In this document: piece by piece, positions 19,017 through 28,474 of the stretch
How positions within the stretch are numbered: the stretch's first letter is position 1
How the letters are laid out: every line of letters starts with the position of its first letter
NCBI GenBank assembly: GCA_040905465.1
Contig: JBBDRK010000049.1
Span: 64,001-128,000, forward strand
DNA: 64,000 nt
DNA from: Trueperaceae bacterium
GTDB lineage: Bacteria; Deinococcota; Deinococci; Deinococcales; Trueperaceae
Reading direction: 5' to 3'
Program-made: the position numbers and the translations under genes
The notes under the pieces: generated by a model
Told to the model about the DNA's origin: nothing
Seen by the model: the letters and a program-made list of their open reading frames with translations, nothing else
The model's database searches: none

Positions 19017-20942
19017 ATGACCCCCTACCGCCACCTGTTCTCCCCCTTCGACCTGGGCCCGCTACGGTTGCGCAACCGAATCGTGTGCTCTCCGCTCACC
19101 ACCAACCTGGGCACCGATGAGGGACTCTCGACTGAGCGCCACTTCGCGTTCTGGCGAGCTCGGGCGAGGGGAGGAGCGGGGCTGGTGATTCTCGACTCCT
19201 CCTTTCCCGAAATGCGCGGCAAGGGATTCGCTTCTCAAGTCGGAATCCATAGTGACGAGACGATTCCGGCACTGCGGAAAATAGCGACAGCGCTGCGCGA
19301 AGAGGGGGCGGCGTGCGCGCTGCAAATCGAGCACTCCGGTGCGCAGACGACCTCGCAGACGAGCGGTCACGTTCCTGTCGCACCTTCGGCCATACCCGAC
19401 CCTCGTTACGGTGAGGTTCCGCACGCCCTGACGAGTGCCGAAATCGAGTCAGTCGTGGAGTCGTTCGGCCAGGCAGGGAGGCGGATCAAGGAGGCCGGCT
19501 TCGACGCACTGGAGATTCACGGAGCACACGGATACCTGGTACATCAGTTCCTCTCCCCCTACTTCAACAAGCGCGTCGACGACTACGGAGGAGATATCGG
19601 CTCGCGTACCCGCTTCGCCCGAGAAATCATCGCCCGCACTCGCCAGTTGGTGGGGAGCGACTACCCAATCCTCTTCCGCATCAGCGCCCGGGACGGCCTG
19701 AAGGGCGGACTGGAGATCGACGATGCCGTGAGGATCTGTGAAGTCCTCGTCGACGCCGGCGTCGACGTGCTCGATGTGTCTGCAGGCATAGGTGCCACCT
19801 CTCAGATCATGGGACCGCCAGCAGGAACCCCGCAAGGTCCGCTGGTTGATTTCGCGCACCGCATAAAGCAGACGGTCGCCATTCCGGTCATCGCCGTCGG
19901 TCGCATCCTAGACGCGAACCTGGCAAACGAAGTCATCTCTCAGGGGAAGGCGGATCTGGTTGCACTGGGCAGGGCGCTCATCGCCGACCCGGAGTGGCCC
20001 AACAAGGTCCGTGAGGAGCGCCTCGAGGAGATCACCAAGTGCATCGGTTGCTGCGGCTGCAACGCCCGCAGCCGGCGGCCCGACATCATCTGCCTCGTCA
20101 ACTCACGGGTGGGCCTCGAGGACATGGGAGAGCCTCTGCCCACTGACGCCCCTAAACGGGTGGCAGTGGTTGGAGGTGGCCTGGGTGGGCTGGAAGCGGC
20201 ACGCGTCGCCGCCCAACGGGGCCACGCCGTCAGTGTGTGGGGTGCCGGCGATCAGGCCGGCGGGCTCTTCGGACTAAGGTCGAAGGCGCCAGGGCGGGCC
20301 GAATTTGGTGACGCCGTGAGCATGAGCCTGGAGAACCTTGCGCGCCTAGAAGTTCCCTACCGTGACCAACCTCAAGGATGGGAGCAGGAGCTGCTGGCCT
20401 GGGCTCCCGATCAGATCGTCTACGCCCGAAGCGGTACTCCCCTACAGGAACTTCCCGGCAAGCTATGTTCCCATCCCACACTGCAGGCCATCGACGTGCT
20501 GGACCGCGAAGAGGTGCCGGGACGTAGGGTGGCCGTACTTGGCGGCGGTGTCCTCGGCTGCGAAGCGGCCCTGCGGCTGGCGAAAGCCGGCAAACAGGTA
20601 ACCATCGCGGGACACGGAAGCAAACTGGCACCGGACACGCACCGCTCGATTCAGCAACACCTCATTGCCGACCTGCAGGCCCTGGGGGTCGACGTGCTCC
20701 TCGATTTCGACTCGATCACAGCAGACGGCCGCGACCTGCTGTTCCATTTTGCCGACACGCGGAACCGCCAAGTCGTCGCCAGCGTCGACACCATCGTTCT
20801 CGCCCTCGGTTTCGAGCAGGCGGCACCGCCGGACATCTTGCAGCGACTCGACACCGAGATCCACGTGATCGGAGACGCCTACGGAGCCAGCGACCTGGCC
20901 GAGCTGGTACGGGCCGGAGCGCTGTTGGGGCGTGCGATCTAA
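19017..20942 (+). CDS. NADH:flavin oxidoreductase (OYE family, FadH/BaiH-type with Fe-S and FAD domains)
   Basis: HGAHGYL, NKRVDDYGG, Fe-S motif CIGCCGC...C, and two Rossmann-like motifs GGGLGG and GGGVLG. Confidence 0.9.
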   Translation: MTPYRHLFSPFDLGPLRLRNRIVCSPLTTNLGTDEGLSTERHFAFWRARARGGAGLVILDSSFPEMRGKGFASQVGIHSDETIPALRKIATALREEGAACALQIEHSGAQTTSQTSGHVPVAPSAIPDPRYGEVPHALTSAEIESVVESFGQAGRRIKEAGFDALEIHGAHGYLVHQFLSPYFNKRVDDYGGDIGSRTRFAREIIARTRQLVGSDYPILFRISARDGLKGGLEIDDAVRICEVLVDAGVDVLDVSAGIGATSQIMGPPAGTPQGPLVDFAHRIKQTVAIPVIAVGRILDANLANEVISQGKADLVALGRALIADPEWPNKVREERLEEITKCIGCCGCNARSRRPDIICLVNSRVGLEDMGEPLPTDAPKRVAVVGGGLGGLEAARVAAQRGHAVSVWGAGDQAGGLFGLRSKAPGRAEFGDAVSMSLENLARLEVPYRDQPQGWEQELLAWAPDQIVYARSGTPLQELPGKLCSHPTLQAIDVLDREEVPGRRVAVLGGGVLGCEAALRLAKAGKQVTIAGHGSKLAPDTHRSIQQHLIADLQALGVDVLLDFDSITADGRDLLFHFADTRNRQVVASVDTIVLALGFEQAAPPDILQRLDTEIHVIGDAYGASDLAELVRAGALLGRAI

Positions 20943-21038
20943 TGCAGCCATCTGAGGAGGTGAGCGAAATGTGAACTACCCGGCCGGTCAACCCCGCCAT
21001 CGACCTGAAACAATTCAGTCAACCCCTGGAGGTAGACA

Positions 21039-22037
21039 GTGAAACTGAAAGGCCTTACAACCATCACCGGACTGCTGTTCGTTGCAGCGTCGTTCTCGCT
21101 GGCGCAGGAAACGACACTGCGGTTCGGGCACGTGAATGCCCCAACCGACATCGGCACCCTTCAGGCCGACAGGTTCATCGAGATGGTCGCCGAGCGTACC
21201 GACGGCCGGATTGAAATTCAGCACTTCCCGAACGCGCAGCTTGGCAACGTAAACGAGAATGCCGAACAGGTCAAGCTCGGCGCAATCGACCTTACCTTCC
21301 AGCTAATGGGTGGACTGGGAGCCAACTACATGGAGGAGTTCTCGGCGCTCGACCTCCCCTACGTCTACCGGGACGTCGATCACCTGATGCAGGTTGTCGC
21401 ACCCGACTCGCCGGTGATGCAGGAGCTCAACCAGCGTCTCGTCGCTGAGCACGGCGTACGGGTACTCTACAGCTACTACTTCGGCACTCGCCACCTCACC
21501 GCCAATCAGGAGGTCCTGAGTCCGGCCGACATGCAGGGTCTCAAGATCCGTGCTATCCCGCTGCCCGTGTACATCGCGGCGGTCGAAGGCATGGGCGCGA
21601 GTGCTACTCCTGTCGAGTTCTCCGAACTGCCGGTGGCCTTGGCCACGGGCCTCGTCAACGGTCAGGAAAACCCGCTCCAGACTATCGCCGCTGCGCACCT
21701 CTACGAATCACAGGACTACCTCATGCTCACCGGGCACATTATCTCGGCCATGGCAGTAGTCATTAACGAGAGTGTTTGGCAGCGGCTGAGCAATGAGGAT
21801 CAGGAGATCATCCTTCAGGCCGCGAACGAAGCATCTCAGTGGGCGCTGGAGGAGAACCTGCGGGCCGAAGAAGAGCTGCTGGTAGAGTTCGAGCAGGAGC
21901 ATGGCATGACTATCGTCGGTCCCGACGACGGCCTGGATGTGGACGCCTTCCGGGAAAACGTACGCGAGCGTGTGGAGCAGGACTTTGGGGATCAGTTCGG
22001 CGACCTGATCCAACAGATCGAGACGGTCGGTCGGTAG
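21039..22037 (+). CDS. dctP: TRAP transporter substrate-binding protein (DctP family)
   Basis: Signal peptide SLA-Q, FGTRH, GLKIRA, VNGQENP. Confidence 0.93.
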   Translation: MKLKGLTTITGLLFVAASFSLAQETTLRFGHVNAPTDIGTLQADRFIEMVAERTDGRIEIQHFPNAQLGNVNENAEQVKLGAIDLTFQLMGGLGANYMEEFSALDLPYVYRDVDHLMQVVAPDSPVMQELNQRLVAEHGVRVLYSYYFGTRHLTANQEVLSPADMQGLKIRAIPLPVYIAAVEGMGASATPVEFSELPVALATGLVNGQENPLQTIAAAHLYESQDYLMLTGHIISAMAVVINESVWQRLSNEDQEIILQAANEASQWALEENLRAEEELLVEFEQEHGMTIVGPDDGLDVDAFRENVRERVEQDFGDQFGDLIQQIETVGR

Positions 22038-22188
22038 GGACAAGGGTCAGTCGGAACAAGACGTCCGGGGCCAGAGTCGGTGCTGTCGGAAGCTTGATGC
22101 TCCCGCCGGCACCGCTCGCCACACTCTCGCCCGCTCCCCCGGCACCTCACGGCCACCATAGTTTCGGGCCGGCTCAGAAGGGTTAACG

Positions 22189-22692
22189 GTGAAACAACCG
22201 AACGTTATCTCGCGAATTCTCGAGTATGTCTCGGCAATTGGACTGCTGGGGATTGTCGTGATACTGCTCTTCCAGCTGATGGTTCGCACTCTGTCGTTCG
22301 GTTCGTTCTCCTGGACCGATGAGCTTGCCCGCTACCTCATGATTTCGATGGTGTTCCTCGCGGCTCCGGCCGTGCTGGAGGTCGACGAGCACATCAAGGT
22401 GGAGTTCTTCGTCGATCGCCTGCCGCCGGTCGTCAAAGACGTCATCATCGCCGTGAGCGCAATCCTGGTCGCAGCATTCGCTGCATTTCTGGCATACAGC
22501 TCCATCAATCTGATGACCAACCTATCGTCATCTCGAACCCCGGCATTGCGTATGCCGATGCCACTGTTCCTGGCGGGCGCAGTCATAGGCAGCGCCGCCC
22601 TGGCACTAGCCGGCTGCCTCAAGGCCTACTCCCGGATATGCGATGTCTTCGTGCGTAACCCGGACGGCCGTGATTCAGAGGGCGACCTGTGA
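22189..22692 (+). CDS. dctQ: TRAP transporter small permease
   Basis: Four TM segments, WTDELARYL, EHIKVE. Confidence 0.9.
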   Translation: MKQPNVISRILEYVSAIGLLGIVVILLFQLMVRTLSFGSFSWTDELARYLMISMVFLAAPAVLEVDEHIKVEFFVDRLPPVVKDVIIAVSAILVAAFAAFLAYSSINLMTNLSSSRTPALRMPMPLFLAGAVIGSAALALAGCLKAYSRICDVFVRNPDGRDSEGDL

Positions 22693-23969
22693 CCGGAACG
22701 ACCGTCATCATCATCTTCCTCGTCCTGCTGGTCATACGGGTACCGCTGGCATTCAGCATGGCCATGGCCGGCATTGCTTACGTGGTGGTCGACGGCCTCC
22801 CCATATCTATAAGTGCCCAGCGGATGATCAACGCTATCAACTCGTTTCCGCTCCTGGCAGTACCGCTGTTCATCTTTGCCGGCCACGTATTCAATGTCGC
22901 CGGCGTGACCAACAGCATTTTCCGTCTCGCCCGCCTGTTCCTTGGCCGGCAGCCCGGAGGTATGGCGCAAGTGAACGTGGGAGCAAGTCTGGTCTTTTCC
23001 GGTATGTCCGGGGCCGCACTCGCGGACATCGGCGGCCTGGGGAACATCGAAATACGCGCCATGACCGACCAGGGCTACCGGAAGTCGGTAAGCGCAGCCA
23101 TTACCGTCGCTTCTGCGACCATCGGTCCCATCTTTCCCCCCAGCATCCCGCTGATTATCTACGCCGTGGTGGCATCGGCTTCGTCGCTGCAACTGCTCCT
23201 GGCTGGCATCGTACCGGCGCTCCTGCTCACGGCATTCCTGATGGTGCAACTCTTCTTCATCGCCCGCAGGAACCCGAAGGACTATCCGGTTGATCCAATC
23301 TCACCGCAACGAGGCGACAGGCGACGTGCCTTCGTGTCGGCCCTCCCGGCACTATTCGCGCCGGTGCTGCTCATCAGCGGCCTTTTGGTCGGGGCGTTTA
23401 GCCCTACTGAGATCGCCGCGGTCACACTGTTCTACGCGATCATCTTGGGAGTGTTCGTCTATCGCGAACTGACGCTCGCGAAGTTCATGTCAGCCGTGGC
23501 ACTTACAGTGCGCACCACTAGCTCCATTCTCATCATCGCCTCAGCCTCGGGACTGTTCTCGCTGGCCCTCACCTTCGAGGGGGTGCCACAGCAACTCTCG
23601 TCGGCCCTTCTTGGCATAAGCGACAACCGACTGGTGCTGCTTCTCCTGGTGAACGTCCTGCTACTCATCGTGGGGATGTTCATGGACACCATTGCGGCTC
23701 TGCTCGTGGTGGTGCCGCTGCTCGTCCCTCCCCTGGTCACGGCCGGCGTCGATCCGATTCACCTGGGGGTGGTGGTGGTGCTGAACCTGATGATAGGACT
23801 GCTGACGCCACCCGTAGGCATGAGCCTCTACCTGATAAGCGACATCGCCAAGGTAAAGGTCGAGGAGGTGGTGAAGGAAGTGATCCCCTTCCTCATCCCA
23901 CTCTTCTTAGCGCTTATCGTGCTTACCCTCGTCCCCGAGATCTCGCTCTGGCTCCCGGGACTATTTTGA
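22689..23969 (+). CDS. dctM: TRAP transporter large permease
   Basis: FPLLAVPLF, SGMSGAALAD, PPSIPLI, GLLTPPVG. Confidence 0.93.
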   Translation: MTGTTVIIIFLVLLVIRVPLAFSMAMAGIAYVVVDGLPISISAQRMINAINSFPLLAVPLFIFAGHVFNVAGVTNSIFRLARLFLGRQPGGMAQVNVGASLVFSGMSGAALADIGGLGNIEIRAMTDQGYRKSVSAAITVASATIGPIFPPSIPLIIYAVVASASSLQLLLAGIVPALLLTAFLMVQLFFIARRNPKDYPVDPISPQRGDRRRAFVSALPALFAPVLLISGLLVGAFSPTEIAAVTLFYAIILGVFVYRELTLAKFMSAVALTVRTTSSILIIASASGLFSLALTFEGVPQQLSSALLGISDNRLVLLLLVNVLLLIVGMFMDTIAALLVVVPLLVPPLVTAGVDPIHLGVVVVLNLMIGLLTPPVGMSLYLISDIAKVKVEEVVKEVIPFLIPLFLALIVLTLVPEISLWLPGLF

Positions 23970-23976
23970 GGTGATT

Positions 23977-25044
23977 ATGGACGCGCGACAGCAAGCGAGC
24001 AGCCGTATCGAGACCGTCCTGGGACCGGTAGATCCGGTTGACGCCGGAATGGCGCTAATCCACGAGCACGTGCTGTTTGACCTCACCTGCCTGTACTCTG
24101 CCCTCTCCCAGGGACCCCCTAGTAGCTGGTTGGAGGGGGCAGAGGAGGGCCTGTCACTCGCGTTGCTGGGCTGGACTCGCATGCACCCCTACAACAGCAT
24201 GGAGAACCTGAAATGCAGCGAGATCGCGACGGCGATTGCCGAGTTGGAGCGCTACAAGTTGGCGGGCGGCGGCCTGATTGCCGACGTGAGCAACGTTAGC
24301 ATAGGCCGCAATCCTCAGGGCTTGCGGAGGGCTGCCGAAGCGACCGGTGTTCACATAGTCATGGGCTGCGGCTACTACGTTGCCAAGTCTCATCCGCCCG
24401 AGCTAGATAAAGCTACCGTCGAGGAACTAGCCAACGAAATGATAGCCGACATAACCATTGGCGTTGATGACACCGGGATCCGCGCTGGTGTTATTGGAGA
24501 ACTTGGCCTCTCCGATCCCGGAGTAAAGACGGAGCATACCTGCATCGAGGCGGCGGCAATGGCGCAGCAGGAAACCGGCTGCGCCATTGTCATGCACAGT
24601 CCGGCTGGTCCGCAAGGACCGTTCCAAGCGGCCAGCCTGTTGGAACAGGCGGGAGCAGATCCCACGAGAACAGTGATATCGCATGTAGATGCGCGCTTTG
24701 GCGAAGAGATCGACTCCTACCGGCGGCTCGCCGACCACGGCTTCGTGCTTGGTCTCGATACCTTTGGCCGGGATATATACATCGACTTCATGAAGTTGCA
24801 ACTGCCCAACGACAGCGCCCGAATCCGAGCCGTCAAGGCCCTTTGCGACGCCGGCATGAGGGAGCAGTTGGTGCTGGCTCAGGACATCTGCCTGAAGATG
24901 GAGCTCTGCAGCTTCGGCGGCTACGGTTACGGTCACCTGCTCGAGAATCTCTGGTCACGATTTTTGGACGCCGGTCTGGCAGAAAAGGACCTGCTCCAAG
25001 TTCTGCAGATAAATCCCGTCAGGCTGTTGACAGTGACTTCCTGA
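23977..25044 (+). CDS. Phosphotriesterase-family (PHP-type) hydrolase/lactonase
   Basis: IHEHV, GRNPQGL, GCGYY, GVIGE (Glu bridging ligand), MHS, SHVD, AQD, GGYGYGH. Confidence 0.9.
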   Translation: MDARQQASSRIETVLGPVDPVDAGMALIHEHVLFDLTCLYSALSQGPPSSWLEGAEEGLSLALLGWTRMHPYNSMENLKCSEIATAIAELERYKLAGGGLIADVSNVSIGRNPQGLRRAAEATGVHIVMGCGYYVAKSHPPELDKATVEELANEMIADITIGVDDTGIRAGVIGELGLSDPGVKTEHTCIEAAAMAQQETGCAIVMHSPAGPQGPFQAASLLEQAGADPTRTVISHVDARFGEEIDSYRRLADHGFVLGLDTFGRDIYIDFMKLQLPNDSARIRAVKALCDAGMREQLVLAQDICLKMELCSFGGYGYGHLLENLWSRFLDAGLAEKDLLQVLQINPVRLLTVTS

Positions 25045-25169
25045 ACACTACTGGAGACGGTGGCTGGTCGGCTCCAAGATAAATAACTTCAGGCGTGCAG
25101 GCTGGTTCGCGACGAGCGGCAGGTTGGCGACCGTCGCCTACTATACCGTCATTGTCGCGGCGTATATGC

Positions 25170-25639
25170 GCCCCTGAGAGAAGAGTCGGCAGTGAGGCTG
25201 GCGCGCGGCGACGGGGAAATTCTCGCGGTCGCTACCGCTACAGCATGTCATCCAAAGCCCAGTGATTGCCCCACCGAGCGTCGATCTCGTCCCTGACACT
25301 CTGGTAGCGGATATCGGTCGACAGCCGGATGCGCCCGCTCGGATCGACGTTATCGGTGGCGGCGTGGATCATGTAGGCGCTGTGCACTACGATGTCGCCG
25401 GCCTGGTAATCGGCCCCCAGCCAGCGGGCGTCGAAGCGCTCGGCCATGTCCGGCAGGTCCCTGCCGATCCAGCCACCCTCGGCCATGTTCTTGTTGTAGG
25501 CACTGATCCGCTCCTCGGGAGGCAGGTCGGCGTTACGCTCTGCGAACTCCCGCTCCATCTTGCGACCCAGTTCATCGGAGCCCTCCAGATAGAGGACGCC
25601 GCCCAGGCGGTACAGACGCTGTCGCTCCCGCCCCGCAGG
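25170..25639 (-). pseudogene. Truncated duplicate of the PhyH dioxygenase 3' half plus its downstream intergenic sequence
   Basis: Near-identical to about 36739-37241 (same C-terminus ...RWGNHWALDDML), with an internal deletion of about 30 nt near 25605. Confidence 0.9.
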
Positions 25640-25644
25640 ACTAC

Positions 25645-25762
25645 GGGCGTTCCCGACCTCGGCATTCGATCCCTGGAGAAGATCTGACTCCACTACGGCT
25701 ACCAGCGACGCGACCGCTATAACTTCCCGGTCAAGAAGCTCGACGACTGGTACAGCCCGCCC
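25645..25762 (+). pseudogene. Degenerate internal fragment of the DUF1338 gene
   Basis: Aligns by eye to about 35236-35355 (GVPxLGIxSLEKI[W/*]LHYGYQRRDxYxFPxKKLD). TGG is replaced by TGA at 25685. Confidence 0.85.
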
Positions 25763-25974
25763 GACCCTCGGGCCGCCCGGTCTGAGTTTCGTTGAAACAC
25801 GTACAAAGTGACCCTGGTCACAACGCCACGCTGATAAGCAAGGATGATCGCCTCCTCGCATTCGACGGTGTCAACTGCATCTGGTGAGCGACGTTGGGCC
25901 TGTTCACGTCAGTTCCCAGGCCCGGCGCGAAGTTGCGCCATCGGCGAAAACGGACTTGGATCCCCGTAAAACGT

Positions 25975-27132
25975 TTAGCGCCACCTCAGCAGCAGAACGC
26001 AGGCTGGAGCGAGAAGCAAGCTACCAAGGATGAAGGTACTCCGTAGCCCGGCCAGTTCGGCGACTAGGCCCAAGAGGAGCGGACCGACCACCAGTGCGGC
26101 GTAGTTGCCCGTCAATCGAAGCCCTAGCGCAACTCCGCGGTGCTCGTGCTTCACGTGATCGACGATTGAAACCATCGACAGCGGTAGGGCGACGCCCAAG
26201 CCAATGCCCAGCAGCACGGAGGCCAGTGCGAGAGGAGTAAGCGTTATCGACACGCCGGTTAGCATCAATGACGCCCCCGCAGCGAGTAATGTGGCCAGGA
26301 AGGACCTCGATCGACCGGTCAATAATGAGACGATGCGCGGCATGAACGGCCTTATGATCACCGAAGCCAGCGCACGGGCACTTATCAAGGCGCCAATCAC
26401 AGTCGCGGGATACTCCAGCAGGTCCAGATAGACAGGGAAGAATGCCTGGTGGATACTGAGCGCGAAGATCACGCTGGCGCTCACGACCATGGCTACCTTG
26501 ACTCCCGGAGTCCTCGGGAGAGCAGTCAAGATGCGGAGATCCAGGAGCCTACCCCTGTCAGTACCTCCAGTCGTTTCGGACTTTCGAATCAAGGGCGATA
26601 GAACTACTGCGACAACGGCAACCGCACCGGCGGCGGCGAAGGCCGCGACGAAACCGAGGGAATCCGCAATAAATCCGGCCAGTACGGGCCCAATAAGCTG
26701 ACCTACCGACAAGAAAGTCGTGTACCAGCCGAAGTTCACTTCGTGGAGCTTCCCGCTGCCCAGGCTTGCCACATAGGTTTGCGCGGCAACGACGAGGACC
26801 AGATGAAAGAGCCCGACGAACAGCTGGGAGAAGCCTAGGGCCAGGAGGGATGGCCACATAGCGACCGCCACGGGAGCCAGCGCAAGACCAATGGCACCTA
26901 GGATTATTGGCCGCTTCGGCCCAAATCGGTCGACGACCCCGCCCGTTGGTATGGCGAAGAAGAGCGGTAGCAGCGCTCCTGCCGACACCAGTACGCCAAC
27001 CAGGCCAGGTGAGGCGCCCAGCTCGAAGCCAAGGAGCGGCACCAGCGGGGCGACCATGGAATGCGTGGTGAATGCTGCGGCCATAGTGCCACAGATGACC
27101 CATAACGCAGGACTGTTCCGGGAACCGGTCAT
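25975..27132 (-). CDS. MFS transporter
   Basis: About 12 hydrophobic segments; motif A GGVVDRFGPK. Confidence 0.9.
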   Translation of the reverse strand: MTGSRNSPALWVICGTMAAAFTTHSMVAPLVPLLGFELGASPGLVGVLVSAGALLPLFFAIPTGGVVDRFGPKRPIILGAIGLALAPVAVAMWPSLLALGFSQLFVGLFHLVLVVAAQTYVASLGSGKLHEVNFGWYTTFLSVGQLIGPVLAGFIADSLGFVAAFAAAGAVAVVAVVLSPLIRKSETTGGTDRGRLLDLRILTALPRTPGVKVAMVVSASVIFALSIHQAFFPVYLDLLEYPATVIGALISARALASVIIRPFMPRIVSLLTGRSRSFLATLLAAGASLMLTGVSITLTPLALASVLLGIGLGVALPLSMVSIVDHVKHEHRGVALGLRLTGNYAALVVGPLLLGLVAELAGLRSTFILGSLLLAPACVLLLRWR

Positions 27133-27238
27133 TAATCCAAGATCCCATAAGCATACTTAGTCCCGGCGACCATTTGCCCGGGAACCCTCGTCCGTTGGGC
27201 ACTGACCACTTCGAGGCCCGGCGTTCGGCGACGTCGGC

Positions 27239-28000
27239 TCAGAAGGTGGCCTTGGTACAGCCGCCGTCCACTATGACAGTTTGGCCCGTAACGTAAGCAG
27301 CTTGTTCCGACGCCAGGAATGTCACTGCAGCGGCAACCTCCTGCGGTTTACCCAGTCGGCCGGCAGGGATCGTTTCGAGAAGGCCGGCCATGGCATCGTC
27401 ACTCAGCCGATTCTTGAGTTGCTCGGTCGCTGTGTAACCCGGGCCCACATTATTTACCGTTACACCATCCGCCGCAACCTCATTGGAGAGTGTCTTGGCG
27501 AACGCAGTGACTCCCGCGCGATAGGCATTGGACAGGGTGAGATTCAGGATCGGCTCACGAACAGCGAGGCTGGTGACGTTGATGATACGTCCCCAGCGAT
27601 TCTCCCGCATATCCGGAAGAAAGGCACGGGTAATGCGTACGGGTGCCATCAGGGTCAGTTCCACACCCGTCGCCCAGTCCTCGTCCTCGAGCTTGCTTGG
27701 CACTCCCTTGGGGGGGCCGCCGGCGTTAAGCACCAAGATCTCCGGCCTGCCGTAACCTTGTCTCAAGGTCGTCACCAGCTCTCCCACACCCCCTGCGCTT
27801 CCTAAGTCGCCGGTGACAGCGTTTACCTCTGCTCCCGTGTCGTGTGCGATTAGCTTGGCCGCATTCTCGACGGTGTCCTGTGACCGAGCGACGATTACCA
27901 CCCGTGCCCCCTCAGCAGCCAAAGAGTGCGCGGCCGCATAGCCGATTCCGGTTGACCCACCAGTTACGAGGGCCAACTTCCCAGCGATTCCCAGATCCAT
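27239..28000 (-). CDS. SDR family oxidoreductase (atypical SNxxR active-site subgroup)
   Basis: TGGSTGIG, NAGGPP, SNAYRAG in place of YxxxK, VDGG. Confidence 0.9.
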   Translation of the reverse strand: MDLGIAGKLALVTGGSTGIGYAAAHSLAAEGARVVIVARSQDTVENAAKLIAHDTGAEVNAVTGDLGSAGGVGELVTTLRQGYGRPEILVLNAGGPPKGVPSKLEDEDWATGVELTLMAPVRITRAFLPDMRENRWGRIINVTSLAVREPILNLTLSNAYRAGVTAFAKTLSNEVAADGVTVNNVGPGYTATEQLKNRLSDDAMAGLLETIPAGRLGKPQEVAAAVTFLASEQAAYVTGQTVIVDGGCTKATF

Positions 28001-28003
28001 GGG

Positions 28004-28474
28004 CTACTTCTCCCCGAGCCACGGCTGGAAGGTAACGGGCCCTCCAATGTGCAGACCCAGGTCCTCGCCGGTCTGCAGCTCATCCACCCCGATCACTATG
28101 TTGAGATGGTTCGGCATGTGGTTGCTGTCGAAGCCGACTACTCGTCCGATCTCTCCGACCGCGGTAATCAACCGGTCACCCGTTACCAGCAGTCCCGGCA
28201 CCGCTATCTCGAAAAAGCCCAGGAAAGCTGTCCTGTTGACGGTGCCGCCGGGAGCTGCCTCATCCGTAGTGACCAGCAATTCGTGGACTTCGTACCTTCT
28301 CAGTGCCCGGGAACGCTCCTGCATCAACGCCTTGTTGGAATCGTCTGCTCGGTAAGTCATCACCGCCACCATCTGGCCGTGTAGCGGTTGCCGCTCCGAC
28401 GCCGGGTAGGGCTTGGAATATGCTTCAGTCACGGTTCCGTCCACTCCTTTCACTGGTACTGTCGTTGTCGCCAT
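28004..28474 (-). CDS. Conserved hypothetical protein (resembles DUF6917-type proteins)
   Basis: SRALRRYEVHEL...FLGFFE...GD...GFDSNHMPNHLNI. It lies inside the operon. The family name is from memory. Confidence 0.6.
   Translation of the reverse strand: MATTTVPVKGVDGTVTEAYSKPYPASERQPLHGQMVAVMTYRADDSNKALMQERSRALRRYEVHELLVTTDEAAPGGTVNRTAFLGFFEIAVPGLLVTGDRLITAVGEIGRVVGFDSNHMPNHLNIVIGVDELQTGEDLGLHIGGPVTFQPWLGEK

Noticed and set aside
25238-25861. 207-aa ORF as a functional second dioxygenase
   Set aside because: It lacks the HxD iron motif, and its N-terminus derives from the antisense DUF1338 fragment and a deletion junction.
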